Of a stretch of DNA of 64,000 bases, positions 28,330 through 37,663 are shown in pieces; position 1 is the first letter of the stretch, and each line of letters opens with the position of its first letter. The notes beneath the pieces were generated by a model. That model saw nothing but the letters and a program-made list of their open reading frames with translations. It did not search any database and had not been told where the DNA came from. The stretch lies in the sequence record OP557969.1. One strand, written 5' to 3'. The position numbers and the translations under genes were made by a program.

Positions 28330-28935
28330 ATGAAACTATTCTTGAAAGAGATTGTACAAACCGTTGTTTTAATCGCTGCATTAAATTTTCCAGCAGCGGC
28401 AGAAGTTTCAAAAAAAGCATCTGTTCTTCTATTAAATGAACAGGTTGTATCAATGGATGGTGAACTAAATGATAATACGGTACAAGAAGTAGAGCAGTTG
28501 TGGAAAGAAAAAAGATTTAAAATTTTAACAATTACATCACCTGGGGGTGATTTTGATGCTGGTATTAAAATGGCAAATTTTGTTAGAGACAATGGTATAA
28601 ATTTAATTGTTTCTAAATATTGCAATTCGGCATGTACTGTGGTATTCTTTAGTGTATCCCCAGAAAAGCGATATATGACAAATCAATCAGTACTGGGATT
28701 GCATAATATTTCAATCAAAAGTAACGTTAAAGATATGGATCATACTTTCGTATCTGTTAGACAACTATCATCATTTACTGAAGAAATGGCAACAAAAGTA
28801 GGATTTTTATTTACACTATATTCAGCTAATGGTATTCCACCTAGCATTCTATATAAAGTTAGTCGTTCACGTGGTGAAGATGTTGTTATCTTAACAAAAA
28901 CAGACCTAATAAATTACGGTTCAGTCAATCCATGA
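28330..28935 (+). CDS. Exported ClpP/crotonase-fold protein
   Basis: Signal peptide (VVLIAALNFPAAA); ITSPGG, CNSACTVVF, LGLHN. Confidence 0.7.
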   Translation: MKLFLKEIVQTVVLIAALNFPAAAEVSKKASVLLLNEQVVSMDGELNDNTVQEVEQLWKEKRFKILTITSPGGDFDAGIKMANFVRDNGINLIVSKYCNSACTVVFFSVSPEKRYMTNQSVLGLHNISIKSNVKDMDHTFVSVRQLSSFTEEMATKVGFLFTLYSANGIPPSILYKVSRSRGEDVVILTKTDLINYGSVNP

Positions 28936-29003
28936 AAATAATTATAATAACAGGATGATTATGTTGTTCTTCCTTTGTTATTAACTATATCGGAAATATA
29001 ACC

Positions 29004-29264
29004 ATGACAAACATCCAGAATTTGACATCTATTATTTTTTATGCTACAGTGGTGATATATGCTATTGTACTTATTTTAACAGTTTTTATATACAAAGATT
29101 ACAAAAAAGGCTTTATTAATAGCACAACAATCAAGTTCAATTCTAAATTTAAAGAAATTATATTTTATGTTTTGACAACATCATATTTGTTGTGTATATT
29201 GTTACTAGGGCCATTGATTTATATTTTATATACAACATTATTTGCAATTGGAGCTATTTTATGA
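29004..29264 (+). CDS. Membrane protein
   Basis: Two TM segments. Confidence 0.7.
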   Translation: MTNIQNLTSIIFYATVVIYAIVLILTVFIYKDYKKGFINSTTIKFNSKFKEIIFYVLTTSYLLCILLLGPLIYILYTTLFAIGAIL

Positions 29265-29857
29265 CATGTATTATTGCACACACTAACGGTGTAACTTCAT
29301 TTATTGCAGGGGACAAGATGGGGAGTGATGGTTTTACGAAATCAATCCAAACAGAGCCGAAAGTGTTTGAGAAAGAATTCGTAAAGATTAGTGGTGATGA
29401 CGGCTTGACTCGTACAAAAGATGTTATGACTTTTGGATTCACTACATCATTTCGTATGGGGCAACTGCTAACTTACAATTTAAATTTACCAGACCAAAAT
29501 TCAAATGAGACGTTTCTACAGTACTTAGTACTGAAAGTTATTCCTATTATTCGCCAAATGTTTAAAGACGAATGGGGTGCACGTGATACATCACAAGATG
29601 TTGGTGGTGGTCAATTTATTATTTTACACAATCATAAGATTTATGAAATTCAGGAAGATTTTTCAGTTCTCCAGTCAAAATCAAGTATTGCATCAGTTGG
29701 TAGTGGTACATATCATGCAATTGCAGCGATGCAAGCATACATTGAACTCGAAAAAGAAACTAACGTACAACTTCATGAACGTATCAAATCTATTTTCAAA
29801 ATTGTCAGTGATAATGTGTCGAGTGTAAGTGAAGAGTTTGATGTATTAAAATATTAA
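29261..29857 (+). CDS. HslV/proteasome-like N-terminal nucleophile peptidase
   Basis: MTCIIA (Thr1 after Met removal), IAGDKMGS, ASVGSG; ATG 29261 after GGAG. Confidence 0.7.
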   Translation: MTCIIAHTNGVTSFIAGDKMGSDGFTKSIQTEPKVFEKEFVKISGDDGLTRTKDVMTFGFTTSFRMGQLLTYNLNLPDQNSNETFLQYLVLKVIPIIRQMFKDEWGARDTSQDVGGGQFIILHNHKIYEIQEDFSVLQSKSSIASVGSGTYHAIAAMQAYIELEKETNVQLHERIKSIFKIVSDNVSSVSEEFDVLKY

Positions 29858-29872
29858 AATTATAAGAGAGAA

Positions 29873-30067
29873 ATGATGGCATACACAATTTATGAATGGA
29901 TTTTGAGTTTTATTATAGTATTTTTTATGGTTGTAATTTACAATAATGCTAAATGCTTATATAGAGATTTAAAATCCAATGGTTATCATGCAAACAATAA
30001 TTTAATGTATGCCTATCATATTGGAATCATTCTATTATTATCAATATATTTAATTGGCTTTATATAA
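29873..30067 (+). CDS. Small membrane protein
   Basis: Two TM segments. Confidence 0.65.
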   Translation: MMAYTIYEWILSFIIVFFMVVIYNNAKCLYRDLKSNGYHANNNLMYAYHIGIILLLSIYLIGFI

Positions 30068-30076
30068 GGATTACGT

Positions 30077-30829
30077 ATGATATCAGAAAAATTCATAAGT
30101 AATGAGGGAAACAAGAGATTACTTATCATCTCAGGAGCAGGTCTTTCCGTTGAAAGTGGTATGGACCCATTTCGTTTCGATGATGGCCTATGGGATACAT
30201 TTAAAATTAATGATGTATGTAATATTGCAAATTTAGATACAAAATATCATATTGTTCATTCGTTTTATAACACGCTGCGTGTTAAACTGGGTCAATGTGA
30301 ACCAAATGCAATGCATTATTTTATAAAATCATTAGAGGAACAATATGGTGATTGTTTCCTTCATATGACTTCAAATATGGATGATCTTTACACCCGTATT
30401 GGCGGTAAAGAACTTAAACTTCATGGTAATTTATGTGAAGTGATAGAAAATTATAGTATTAATGGTGATGATTACAACATTGTTAACTGTGGTTATGAGC
30501 CATATATCCCAAAACATGATATTTTTGCTAAACCAAATGTAGTGATGATTGGTGAGTATCATCGTTATGTAGATGGTGTACGCCTACCAATATATGAAGA
30601 ACGAAATAATGTCTTGAAATCCCTTGATGAAAATGATACAGTTATTGTTATTGGTAGCAGCGATACTGTTCTTGTATGGTCCCGATTGGTAGCATCATTG
30701 CCATGTTATAGTGTCAATGTTAATATTAGAAAGAATGATAATGATTTTTTGTTTAATGAAAAAATTATCAAGCCAGCAACCAAAGCAATACCACAACTAG
30801 AGACTATAATTAAGGAACGTATGAAATGA
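30077..30829 (+). CDS. Sir2-family NAD+-dependent deacylase
   Basis: SGAGLSVESG, TSNMDDL, LHGNL, KPNVVMIGE, VIGSS. Confidence 0.9.
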   Translation: MISEKFISNEGNKRLLIISGAGLSVESGMDPFRFDDGLWDTFKINDVCNIANLDTKYHIVHSFYNTLRVKLGQCEPNAMHYFIKSLEEQYGDCFLHMTSNMDDLYTRIGGKELKLHGNLCEVIENYSINGDDYNIVNCGYEPYIPKHDIFAKPNVVMIGEYHRYVDGVRLPIYEERNNVLKSLDENDTVIVIGSSDTVLVWSRLVASLPCYSVNVNIRKNDNDFLFNEKIIKPATKAIPQLETIIKERMK

Positions 30830-31377
30830 GTGTTAAAGAAGTTCCCTTTGGTGAATATGGTTCACGTGCAAATTTTGTATTCTGCTATTTCTTTGCAAGA
30901 GGATGTAATCCCTACGAAAACTATGAGTTGAATGATATACCAGAAGTAAATTTAGTATTACTTCAACTACGATGGGATGGCCTTCTGGGTGGATGTGGTG
31001 GTACAGTTGAAAGTACTGATATCTCATTAGAAGATGCGTTGCGTCGTGAAATACAAGAAGAAATGAACTACTATATTTTTGTTTCTCACCTAAAACCACT
31101 TAAAACGTTTGAAATTTACCCAGGTGCAAACAGTCATAGTTTCAGTTATGAAGTAACATATGATGAGTTAAAATACATTCGTGATGGGTATACAACTGCC
31201 AAACATGCAAGTGCCGAAGTTGCTGGTGTAAATTTATGTCACATTTCTCGTTATTCTAAGGGACAAAATCGAGAAGCGGGATATAATAATCTTATGACAC
31301 AGAACTTCATCGGTACAGCAAAACACGAATTAGCGTATCTGGTACAAAAAGAGAACTTACTAATTAGCTATCTATAG
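30826..31377 (+). CDS. Nudix hydrolase, NUDT16 (U8-decapping)-like
   Basis: QLRWDGLLGGCGGTVE plus Nudix box ALRREIQEE; C-terminal NFIGTAKHEL. Confidence 0.8.
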   Translation: MSVKEVPFGEYGSRANFVFCYFFARGCNPYENYELNDIPEVNLVLLQLRWDGLLGGCGGTVESTDISLEDALRREIQEEMNYYIFVSHLKPLKTFEIYPGANSHSFSYEVTYDELKYIRDGYTTAKHASAEVAGVNLCHISRYSKGQNREAGYNNLMTQNFIGTAKHELAYLVQKENLLISYL

Positions 31378-31387
31378 GAGTTTAAAA

Positions 31388-31708
31388 ATGTCTTACTCTA
31401 TGTTTTTGGATGACATTCGTGATGCAAAACAATATTACCCTAATCAAGATATGGTAGTATGTCGTGATTTTAACAGTGCGTGTGAATATGTTGTTAAAAA
31501 TGGAATTCCAGCATTTGTATCATTTGACCATGACTTGGGTGATATGAGTGGAGACGAAAAAACTGGATATTCTTTTGCTAAATTTCTTATTGATTATATG
31601 TTTGATAATAATATTAAAGAACCGTTTGAGTACTTTGTGCACAGTAGTAACCCAGTTGGTAAAGTTAACATTGAAACATACTTAAACAATGGATTTAATG
31701 CATTATGA
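31388..31708 (+). CDS. Cyclic-phosphate-processing receiver-like domain protein
   Basis: MFLDDIR, VSFDHDLG, TGYSFAKFL, VHSSNPVG. Confidence 0.75.
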   Translation: MSYSMFLDDIRDAKQYYPNQDMVVCRDFNSACEYVVKNGIPAFVSFDHDLGDMSGDEKTGYSFAKFLIDYMFDNNIKEPFEYFVHSSNPVGKVNIETYLNNGFNAL

Positions 31709-32007
31709 TTCAAACACATATTAAAAGTATCATTTGCACTATACTACTAGGTGTAGGAGTTCTATGGTTCAGTAATTATCACGAGAACACTAAGCGTACA
31801 AATATTCACTATAATACCGCAGAAGTTGTAAGTTTAGGACAATGTAGTGAGTACAAATGTTCGTTTATGTACAAAACCAGTAATGGTGAAGTACGTAATG
31901 GACTATCTAGTGAACCAGTTTCGATTGGTCAAATTGTTTACCAGGAGTGCTGGGAAGAAAAGGTTCGAGGTTCACGATGTTATGTTGAATACGAACCAAA
32001 AATGTAA
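31705..32007 (+). CDS. Membrane-anchored hypothetical protein
   Basis: N-terminal TM; four Cys in the external part. Confidence 0.75.
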   Translation: MIQTHIKSIICTILLGVGVLWFSNYHENTKRTNIHYNTAEVVSLGQCSEYKCSFMYKTSNGEVRNGLSSEPVSIGQIVYQECWEEKVRGSRCYVEYEPKM

Positions 32008-32070
32008 TAATAACATGAGTCAATAATAATAGCCGAGTACAAGGATGTACTCACAATTCAAGGATGTTTT

Positions 32071-33510
32071 ATGAAAAAATATACAATTGACACAAACGTA
32101 CTACTATCTGATCCAAATGCATCTGTTGCTTTTGATGGTGCTGCAATCATTCTACCATTTACAGTACTGGAAGAATTGGATTCGATTAAGAGTCGCAATG
32201 TTGATGTTTCACGTGATGCTCGTGTTGCGATTCGTAACATTGAAGCAATTATTGCAGAGGCATCACATAATGAGATTAGTTGTACTGGTGTTAATATTGC
32301 TGATGTTCATACCAATATGAGTCCTGAAAGCAAATTGTTTGTTATTACAAACGAAGAAGCTGAAGCACTAATTCGTACTAAGGCAATTGAAGATAAAGTT
32401 CAAACACTTCTCAAAAGTTCTGTACCAGATGATAAAATTATCTTAGTCGCTTTAGCAACTGATTCAGTACTGGTTACCCGTGATATCAATATGCGTATCA
32501 AGGCTCTTAGTTATGGAGTTGAAGTACAGGATTATCGTCATGATGTGGTTATCGGTGATAGCGATCTAATGCACGTAGGTCAACATCATCTCGATATCGA
32601 TTTCTGGGCAGAATTCAGTGGGATTGAAAATGCTGAAATTAAATCTGAAAAAACAGGTCGCCGCCTGTATCATTATATCCCAACACATCTAATCAAAGAT
32701 CTTCTTCCACAAAATCTTTGTATTGGTGACTATCTATATGATAATGCTGATGTGCTCTTTGTTTACGAAGGTCAGTCTGCAATCGAAGAAGATGATGGTA
32801 GTCTAACACCAGAAGATATTTTGGTCTTCCAAGATATTGGTCAATCTGTTGCATTACGTGCTAATGTATGGGATATTAAAGCTAAGAATGTCAAACAAGC
32901 ACTAGCTATTAATAGTATTCTCGATCCCGATGTACATCTAACAGTTCTACTAGGTTCTGCTGGGACAGGAAAAACACTAATTACGATTGCTACTGCACTA
33001 GAGTTAGTTCTGGAAAAACGTAAATACGACCGTATTATCTTCTCTAAAACACAAGATTCACAGTTTGAAGATATCGGATTCTTGCCTGGTTCAGAGGCCG
33101 AGAAAGTGATTCCATTTTGTGGTCCAGCGATTGACGCACTAGAGTACCTACATAAAGATGATGCAAATCCACAAGGTAGCATTGAGGAAATCATGAAACG
33201 TAATGTTATCCAGTTCAAAGCATTGAACTTTATTCGTGGTCGTTCTTTTGCCAATACAATTCTAATTGTGGATGAAGCACAGAACTTAACACCAGCCCAG
33301 CTAAAAACTGTCTTGACAAGAGCCGGAGAAAACTGTAAAGTAATCATACTTGGTAACCTAGCACAGATCGATAACAAGTTTATCAGTCCAGTAAACAGCG
33401 GTCTAACTTATGTAACTGAGAAATTTAAAAATTGGTCTGGTTGTCGTATCATTGAATTGGAAGGTGTTGTTCGTTCACCACTTGCTGAATTTGCTGAAGA
33501 AAATATGTAA
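32071..33510 (+). CDS. phoH: PIN-domain plus PhoH ATPase
   Basis: IDTNVLL, PDDKI, TRDINMRIKA (PIN); GSAGTGKT, FIRGRSF, IVDEAQN, VRSPLA (PhoH). Confidence 0.93.
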   Translation: MKKYTIDTNVLLSDPNASVAFDGAAIILPFTVLEELDSIKSRNVDVSRDARVAIRNIEAIIAEASHNEISCTGVNIADVHTNMSPESKLFVITNEEAEALIRTKAIEDKVQTLLKSSVPDDKIILVALATDSVLVTRDINMRIKALSYGVEVQDYRHDVVIGDSDLMHVGQHHLDIDFWAEFSGIENAEIKSEKTGRRLYHYIPTHLIKDLLPQNLCIGDYLYDNADVLFVYEGQSAIEEDDGSLTPEDILVFQDIGQSVALRANVWDIKAKNVKQALAINSILDPDVHLTVLLGSAGTGKTLITIATALELVLEKRKYDRIIFSKTQDSQFEDIGFLPGSEAEKVIPFCGPAIDALEYLHKDDANPQGSIEEIMKRNVIQFKALNFIRGRSFANTILIVDEAQNLTPAQLKTVLTRAGENCKVIILGNLAQIDNKFISPVNSGLTYVTEKFKNWSGCRIIELEGVVRSPLAEFAEENM

Positions 33511-33513
33511 TAT

Positions 33514-33547
33514 TGTATGGGACAATATGTCCCATACATGATATAAT
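33514..33547 (+). promoter_or_regulatory. Promoter overlapped by a perfect 11-bp inverted repeat
   Basis: GGGACA-17 nt-TATAAT; TGTATGGGACA-ATA-TGTCCCATACA at 33514-33538. Confidence 0.7.
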
Positions 33548-33579
33548 GCTGTTATCATAATACAGAAGGAGATAGTAAA

Positions 33580-33768
33580 ATGGCTAAACAACCTAAGAAA
33601 AAAGAACCAGTAGCTAAAGTTAAAAAAGCAAAAGTTATTACATCCACAGAACAACGTATGTACGAACAACGTAAGAGTGAAACACTTTCTGGTCTACAAG
33701 CTCTTCGCAAACAAGGAGTCCTAACTCGTGCACAATATCGTAAGTTGGTAACACAAAAAGGTTATTGA
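33580..33768 (+). CDS. Small very basic protein (62 aa)
   Basis: SD AAGGAG; Lys/Arg-rich. Confidence 0.8.
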   Translation: MAKQPKKKEPVAKVKKAKVITSTEQRMYEQRKSETLSGLQALRKQGVLTRAQYRKLVTQKGY

Positions 33769-33775
33769 TACATTT

Positions 33776-33863
33776 GAAGTAATATTATGGGGTTCTTAAT
33801 AAATAACCTTATAAGAATAATAATACTTTTTATTAAATTAAAAAGAACTCCATGTGTTATTTC
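33776..33863 (+). other. Long 3'-UTR RNA hairpin
   Basis: 33776-33797 pairs with 33843-33863: 21 bp including 4 G-U pairs and one bulge. Confidence 0.65.
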
Positions 33864-33870
33864 AGTTTTT

Positions 33871-33897
33871 ATCCCTGTCGGTTGGCAGGGATTTTTT
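33871..33897 (+). terminator. Intrinsic terminator
   Basis: ATCCCTGTC/GGCAGGGAT stem plus TTTTT. Confidence 0.85.
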
Positions 33898-33994
33898 CTA
33901 TCTATGTATTGACAAAAGGATTAATTTATGAGAACATGTATAAAAGGCCGTATGACATTCCATTAGGTTAGTTTTTAACTTAAAGGAGATATAT

Positions 33995-34552
33995 ATGTTT
34001 TTTGACCAAACATTTACGTTGTACCATGATTCTGGTAAAGTTGAGATTATTGAAAATCTATTACAGTACATTGCAGATCATGATGGTGTTGAACGTTTCC
34101 ATAGTAAGATGAAATTCGATTTAGCTGAATTCAACAAAAAGAATCGTGAAACTTTTTGGAAGAACCGATTCTATTATGAAATGTTTCCAGAAAGGTTTGT
34201 TGGTTATTATCTTTGTACTGAGAAAGGTTTATTAGTATCTCCAGATTTACTTATGGGTGAATACATGGTTCTCTATAATGAGTACTGGAAAAATAAACGT
34301 AACGCTCGTGACATTGAGTGGAGACATAAGCGTTCGTACATGTACAAACACAACCACTCCCGATACAAACGTCCTAAGACTCAACAAGAGCGTCGTATGG
34401 CGTGTGCAGTACTGAAGGACGAGGGGGAACCTGAAATACGTGGAAGACGTAAGATGCGTTCATTACCATCGTATTGGAACGATATCAGAACAAGACATAG
34501 TACCGGATGGAAATACAGTACTAAGCGTAAAAAACAATACAAAGGGGGCTAA
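33995..34552 (+). CDS. Hypothetical protein with basic C-terminal domain
   Basis: RPKTQQERR...LPSYWND...GWKYSTKRKKQY; SD AAGGAG. Confidence 0.8.
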   Translation: MFFDQTFTLYHDSGKVEIIENLLQYIADHDGVERFHSKMKFDLAEFNKKNRETFWKNRFYYEMFPERFVGYYLCTEKGLLVSPDLLMGEYMVLYNEYWKNKRNARDIEWRHKRSYMYKHNHSRYKRPKTQQERRMACAVLKDEGEPEIRGRRKMRSLPSYWNDIRTRHSTGWKYSTKRKKQYKGG

Positions 34553-34579
34553 TGCTCCCTATTTTATAGGTTAAACGTT

Positions 34580-34909
34580 ATGAGCAAAATTAATGTTGAT
34601 GTAGATATTGGTTATATTGAAATTGAACCGTGTAGTATTGATACAATGATTGACACTCTTAGTAAGTACCGTGCAGAGTACAGGGGGCATATTAGTATTT
34701 CACCAGACGGTGGTTACGGTGGATTCCATGGATACAATGTGATTTGGTCCAGAGAAGAAACAGACGAAGAATATAATACACGAATTGAAGCTGAATCTAA
34801 AAGACGTGAAGAAATTGAACGTCAAGAAATGAAACACTTAATGAACAAGAAATCATTAAGTACCGAAGAGAAATCTAAACTGCTAAAATACATCAAGGAT
34901 TACATGTAA
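34580..34909 (+). CDS. Hypothetical protein
   Basis: REETDEEYNTRIE motif common in small phage proteins. Confidence 0.8.
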   Translation: MSKINVDVDIGYIEIEPCSIDTMIDTLSKYRAEYRGHISISPDGGYGGFHGYNVIWSREETDEEYNTRIEAESKRREEIERQEMKHLMNKKSLSTEEKSKLLKYIKDYM

Positions 34910-35559
34910 TGAAAAATGTAACACAAGAAAAGATTTTATACCTTGCAAAATATAATGGTGGTTTCAATATCATTAGCCGTGAGTACCATGGTAATTTGGC
35001 TAAGTTGATTGACAGTTTGTTAGAATTTGATTTCATTAAATGGGAAACTAATGAACTTTGGTACGAATATGCTGGACAGCAATGGGAAAGTGACTACGAA
35101 CATGCAATTCATACGTATACAATTACTAAAAGTGGTGAAGTATGTTTAGCTATCATGCGTTGTGCATATACTTACAAACATCACAAAGGTGAAGAAAAGC
35201 ATATTCGCAGAAACGAAGAATTACTTCACCTAATGGGTGAAGCTGGTATTACAATGCATGACTTGTTCAATGAACCAAGATGGACTAGAACTCTTACTAA
35301 AGCTGAATATAAATCATTACGATACATTGATGAACAAAGCAACACCCCAGATGAAATTGATGATGTTAGTGATGATGAACTAAGCCTAAAAAATGTATTT
35401 GAAAGTACCAGCACTGAAAGTATTACTGATATTTCAGTACAGATGGCACTAAAAGCAATGGAACTTTTCAAGACACAATATGAAGGACACAGTGCTGAAG
35501 AAGTAGAGCGTGAGTTCATTACACGTGTACAGATTGCATTGTTCCAATCGAAAAAGTAG
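34909..35559 (+). CDS. Hypothetical protein
   Basis: ORF track; TAATG overlap. Confidence 0.8.
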   Translation: MKNVTQEKILYLAKYNGGFNIISREYHGNLAKLIDSLLEFDFIKWETNELWYEYAGQQWESDYEHAIHTYTITKSGEVCLAIMRCAYTYKHHKGEEKHIRRNEELLHLMGEAGITMHDLFNEPRWTRTLTKAEYKSLRYIDEQSNTPDEIDDVSDDELSLKNVFESTSTESITDISVQMALKAMELFKTQYEGHSAEEVEREFITRVQIALFQSKK

Positions 35560-35565
35560 GATGAT

Positions 35566-35652
35566 ATGAAATTTTTACTTGTACTAATCGCAGTTCTTAT
35601 GGTATTATCTTGTTTAGTTAGTAATGGTAAACCATCAATTGAGAACTTATGA
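35566..35652 (+). CDS. Very small hydrophobic peptide (28 aa)
   Basis: MKFLLVLIAVLMVLSC; SD AGGA; fills gap. Confidence 0.45.
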   Translation: MKFLLVLIAVLMVLSCLVSNGKPSIENL

Positions 35653-35667
35653 ATAGGTGATTAAATT

Positions 35668-35901
35668 ATGAAATTTATTTCTATAGCAATTATTTCAGCA
35701 CTCATGATGTTAGTAACAGGATGTGCACCTAAAGTTGATGAGATGGATGCTGAAATCATCCGTCAAGGTTTAACAAAACTAAATCACCAAGGAACACTAT
35801 ACGCATGTCATACTATGCGTCATGGGCAAGATCTTAATCTCATGTGCAGGAAGATTGTGAACCGCAAACGTCTTAATACTGTTCCGAAGGATGCACAATG
35901 A
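35668..35901 (+). CDS. Small lipoprotein
   Basis: Signal peptide ending LVTGC (lipobox). Confidence 0.75.
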   Translation: MKFISIAIISALMMLVTGCAPKVDEMDAEIIRQGLTKLNHQGTLYACHTMRHGQDLNLMCRKIVNRKRLNTVPKDAQ

Positions 35902-36068
35902 AAGAAATAATTGGCTACAAATGTAAAAATTGTGGCAAAGATCAGGGTAAGCATTCAGTACAAGGAATGGCTTGTCCAAATCCAGGGCGTGGTAATTTCA
36001 GAGGATTCAGTACTGAAAAGTCTTATGAACCTGATTATTCAAAACCAGTGATGGGCTATAAGTTATGA
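35898..36068 (+). CDS. Small hypothetical protein (56 aa, CxxC)
   Basis: ATGA overlaps at both ends; CKNC..H..C. Confidence 0.65.
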   Translation: MKEIIGYKCKNCGKDQGKHSVQGMACPNPGRGNFRGFSTEKSYEPDYSKPVMGYKL

Positions 36069-36427
36069 GTGATTATGTAGCATTTCTTCATCGATATGGT
36101 GAAGCTAAAGAAAAACATATTATTCGTATGCCAGTATATGGTGAAAAAGACTGGTACAAAAGCACTATCAGTGTAGGTGCATTTCGTAACCGTGAATCTG
36201 AATTCTTTCTTGGTAAGCAACATGAACGACCTGTTCTTTGTTCACTGTGGCGTTTAGATGAATGGGATAGTGAAAATTCCAGAACGGCTGAATCAATGAT
36301 GGTAGTTGTTGGTATTGCGAACTATCAGCACCCATATGACATGTTGCCTACATTTGAACATGCTTCTTTGTTTGACTTTTACAAAGCAGTAGGGTATGAT
36401 TATAAAAAGAAGCGTTACATTAAATAA
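36065..36427 (+). CDS. Hypothetical protein
   Basis: ORF track. Confidence 0.8.
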   Translation: MSDYVAFLHRYGEAKEKHIIRMPVYGEKDWYKSTISVGAFRNRESEFFLGKQHERPVLCSLWRLDEWDSENSRTAESMMVVVGIANYQHPYDMLPTFEHASLFDFYKAVGYDYKKKRYIK

Positions 36428-36453
36428 CAGCACCTTTTAAATTGGAGAAAATC

Positions 36454-37068
36454 ATGACTACATCTGAAAAGTACTGGTGGATTATGGGCCATCCTAAATT
36501 CATCAACGGAGATATGGTTCCCCCAAGGATTGATATCGAACCACATGATGTGTGTCCAATCACAAACCGCATTGAATCATTTAAAGCTCTGAATACAAAG
36601 ACACAATTTTGGGTAGAATTCATCTCACCTATGTACGTTGAGCAAGATGATGAATGGGTACAAGCACATGATTATGAGTTAGATTGCGGTGGTGATACTT
36701 ATGATGAGGCAATTGATGCACTATACAAAAATGTACTAAACACTTATGGTGATTACACCCAACAAGAAGCAGACGATACGTTTAATAAGATCCATGCAGC
36801 CATTTCTACATCATCAATTTACAATTCTGCAAAAACAGTTTGGGAAGAACGTCACGGGTGGAGTTCATCTGTAATTGATGCAGAAGCCAAAGAAACAATT
36901 CTCGAAGACATAAAAAATATAAAAAGTACAATAGAAGCCTTGCGTGAATTTATAAAGTCTTGTACAATAGAACAACAGAAAGAGGCAAAGATGCATTTGG
37001 AGAGTGAAGAATGTAAACTTTGGGTTCTAGAGAAATCTATTGAAAAGGGTATAGACTTAGACTTATGA
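36454..37068 (+). CDS. Hypothetical protein
   Basis: ORF track 36442-37068; ATG 36454 after GGAG. Confidence 0.8.
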   Translation: MTTSEKYWWIMGHPKFINGDMVPPRIDIEPHDVCPITNRIESFKALNTKTQFWVEFISPMYVEQDDEWVQAHDYELDCGGDTYDEAIDALYKNVLNTYGDYTQQEADDTFNKIHAAISTSSIYNSAKTVWEERHGWSSSVIDAEAKETILEDIKNIKSTIEALREFIKSCTIEQQKEAKMHLESEECKLWVLEKSIEKGIDLDL

Positions 37069-37433
37069 ATCGTAAACTTGAGAAACTAATTGAAGAACTA
37101 CGCCGGATGCCACCCATCGAGCAAGTGGGGAGTTACAAACGTTATCGTGTGATTGCTCGTGCACTAGATAAGAAAGGTCGTGTATTGGCAACACGTACTA
37201 ATTCTTACACACATACTCACCCAGTACAGAAAGGTTTTGCAATCCGTGCTGGAAGACCACAAGGTGAGTTTCTTCATGCTGAAATTTCATGTTTATTAGC
37301 TTCACGTGCTGAAGTTCATACTTTGTTGATTGCACGGATAAGTAAAGATGGTATTCCAGTTCCAGCCAAGCCTTGTGAGATTTGTACGTTGGCAATTATG
37401 GAATATGGGGTCAAAGAAATTATTCACACATGA
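37065..37433 (+). CDS. Second zinc-dependent cytidine/dCMP-deaminase-fold protein
   Basis: LHAEISCL ... AKPCEICT (HxE / PCxxC). Confidence 0.8.
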   Translation: MNRKLEKLIEELRRMPPIEQVGSYKRYRVIARALDKKGRVLATRTNSYTHTHPVQKGFAIRAGRPQGEFLHAEISCLLASRAEVHTLLIARISKDGIPVPAKPCEICTLAIMEYGVKEIIHT

Positions 37434-37654
37434 AAAAAATTGAACGCTACAAAAACCATACAGTTGTGACTGAAGATGATATATTTTATTATTATATTTT
37501 CAGACCCACACACTGTTTACAAATAACGACATTTGAGAATGATAATTTCAAAGATGTCAACTTCCATATAACAGATTTAGCTAAATATTCCAGAACTGAA
37601 CACTTTAGTAATCTAGTATTTGTGTACTGTATTCCAAACTCAAATAATAAGTAG
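37430..37654 (+). CDS. Hypothetical protein
   Basis: ATGA overlap; ORF track 37382-37654. Confidence 0.65.
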   Translation: MKKIERYKNHTVVTEDDIFYYYIFRPTHCLQITTFENDNFKDVNFHITDLAKYSRTEHFSNLVFVYCIPNSNNK

Positions 37655-37663
37655 GAGATCAAA

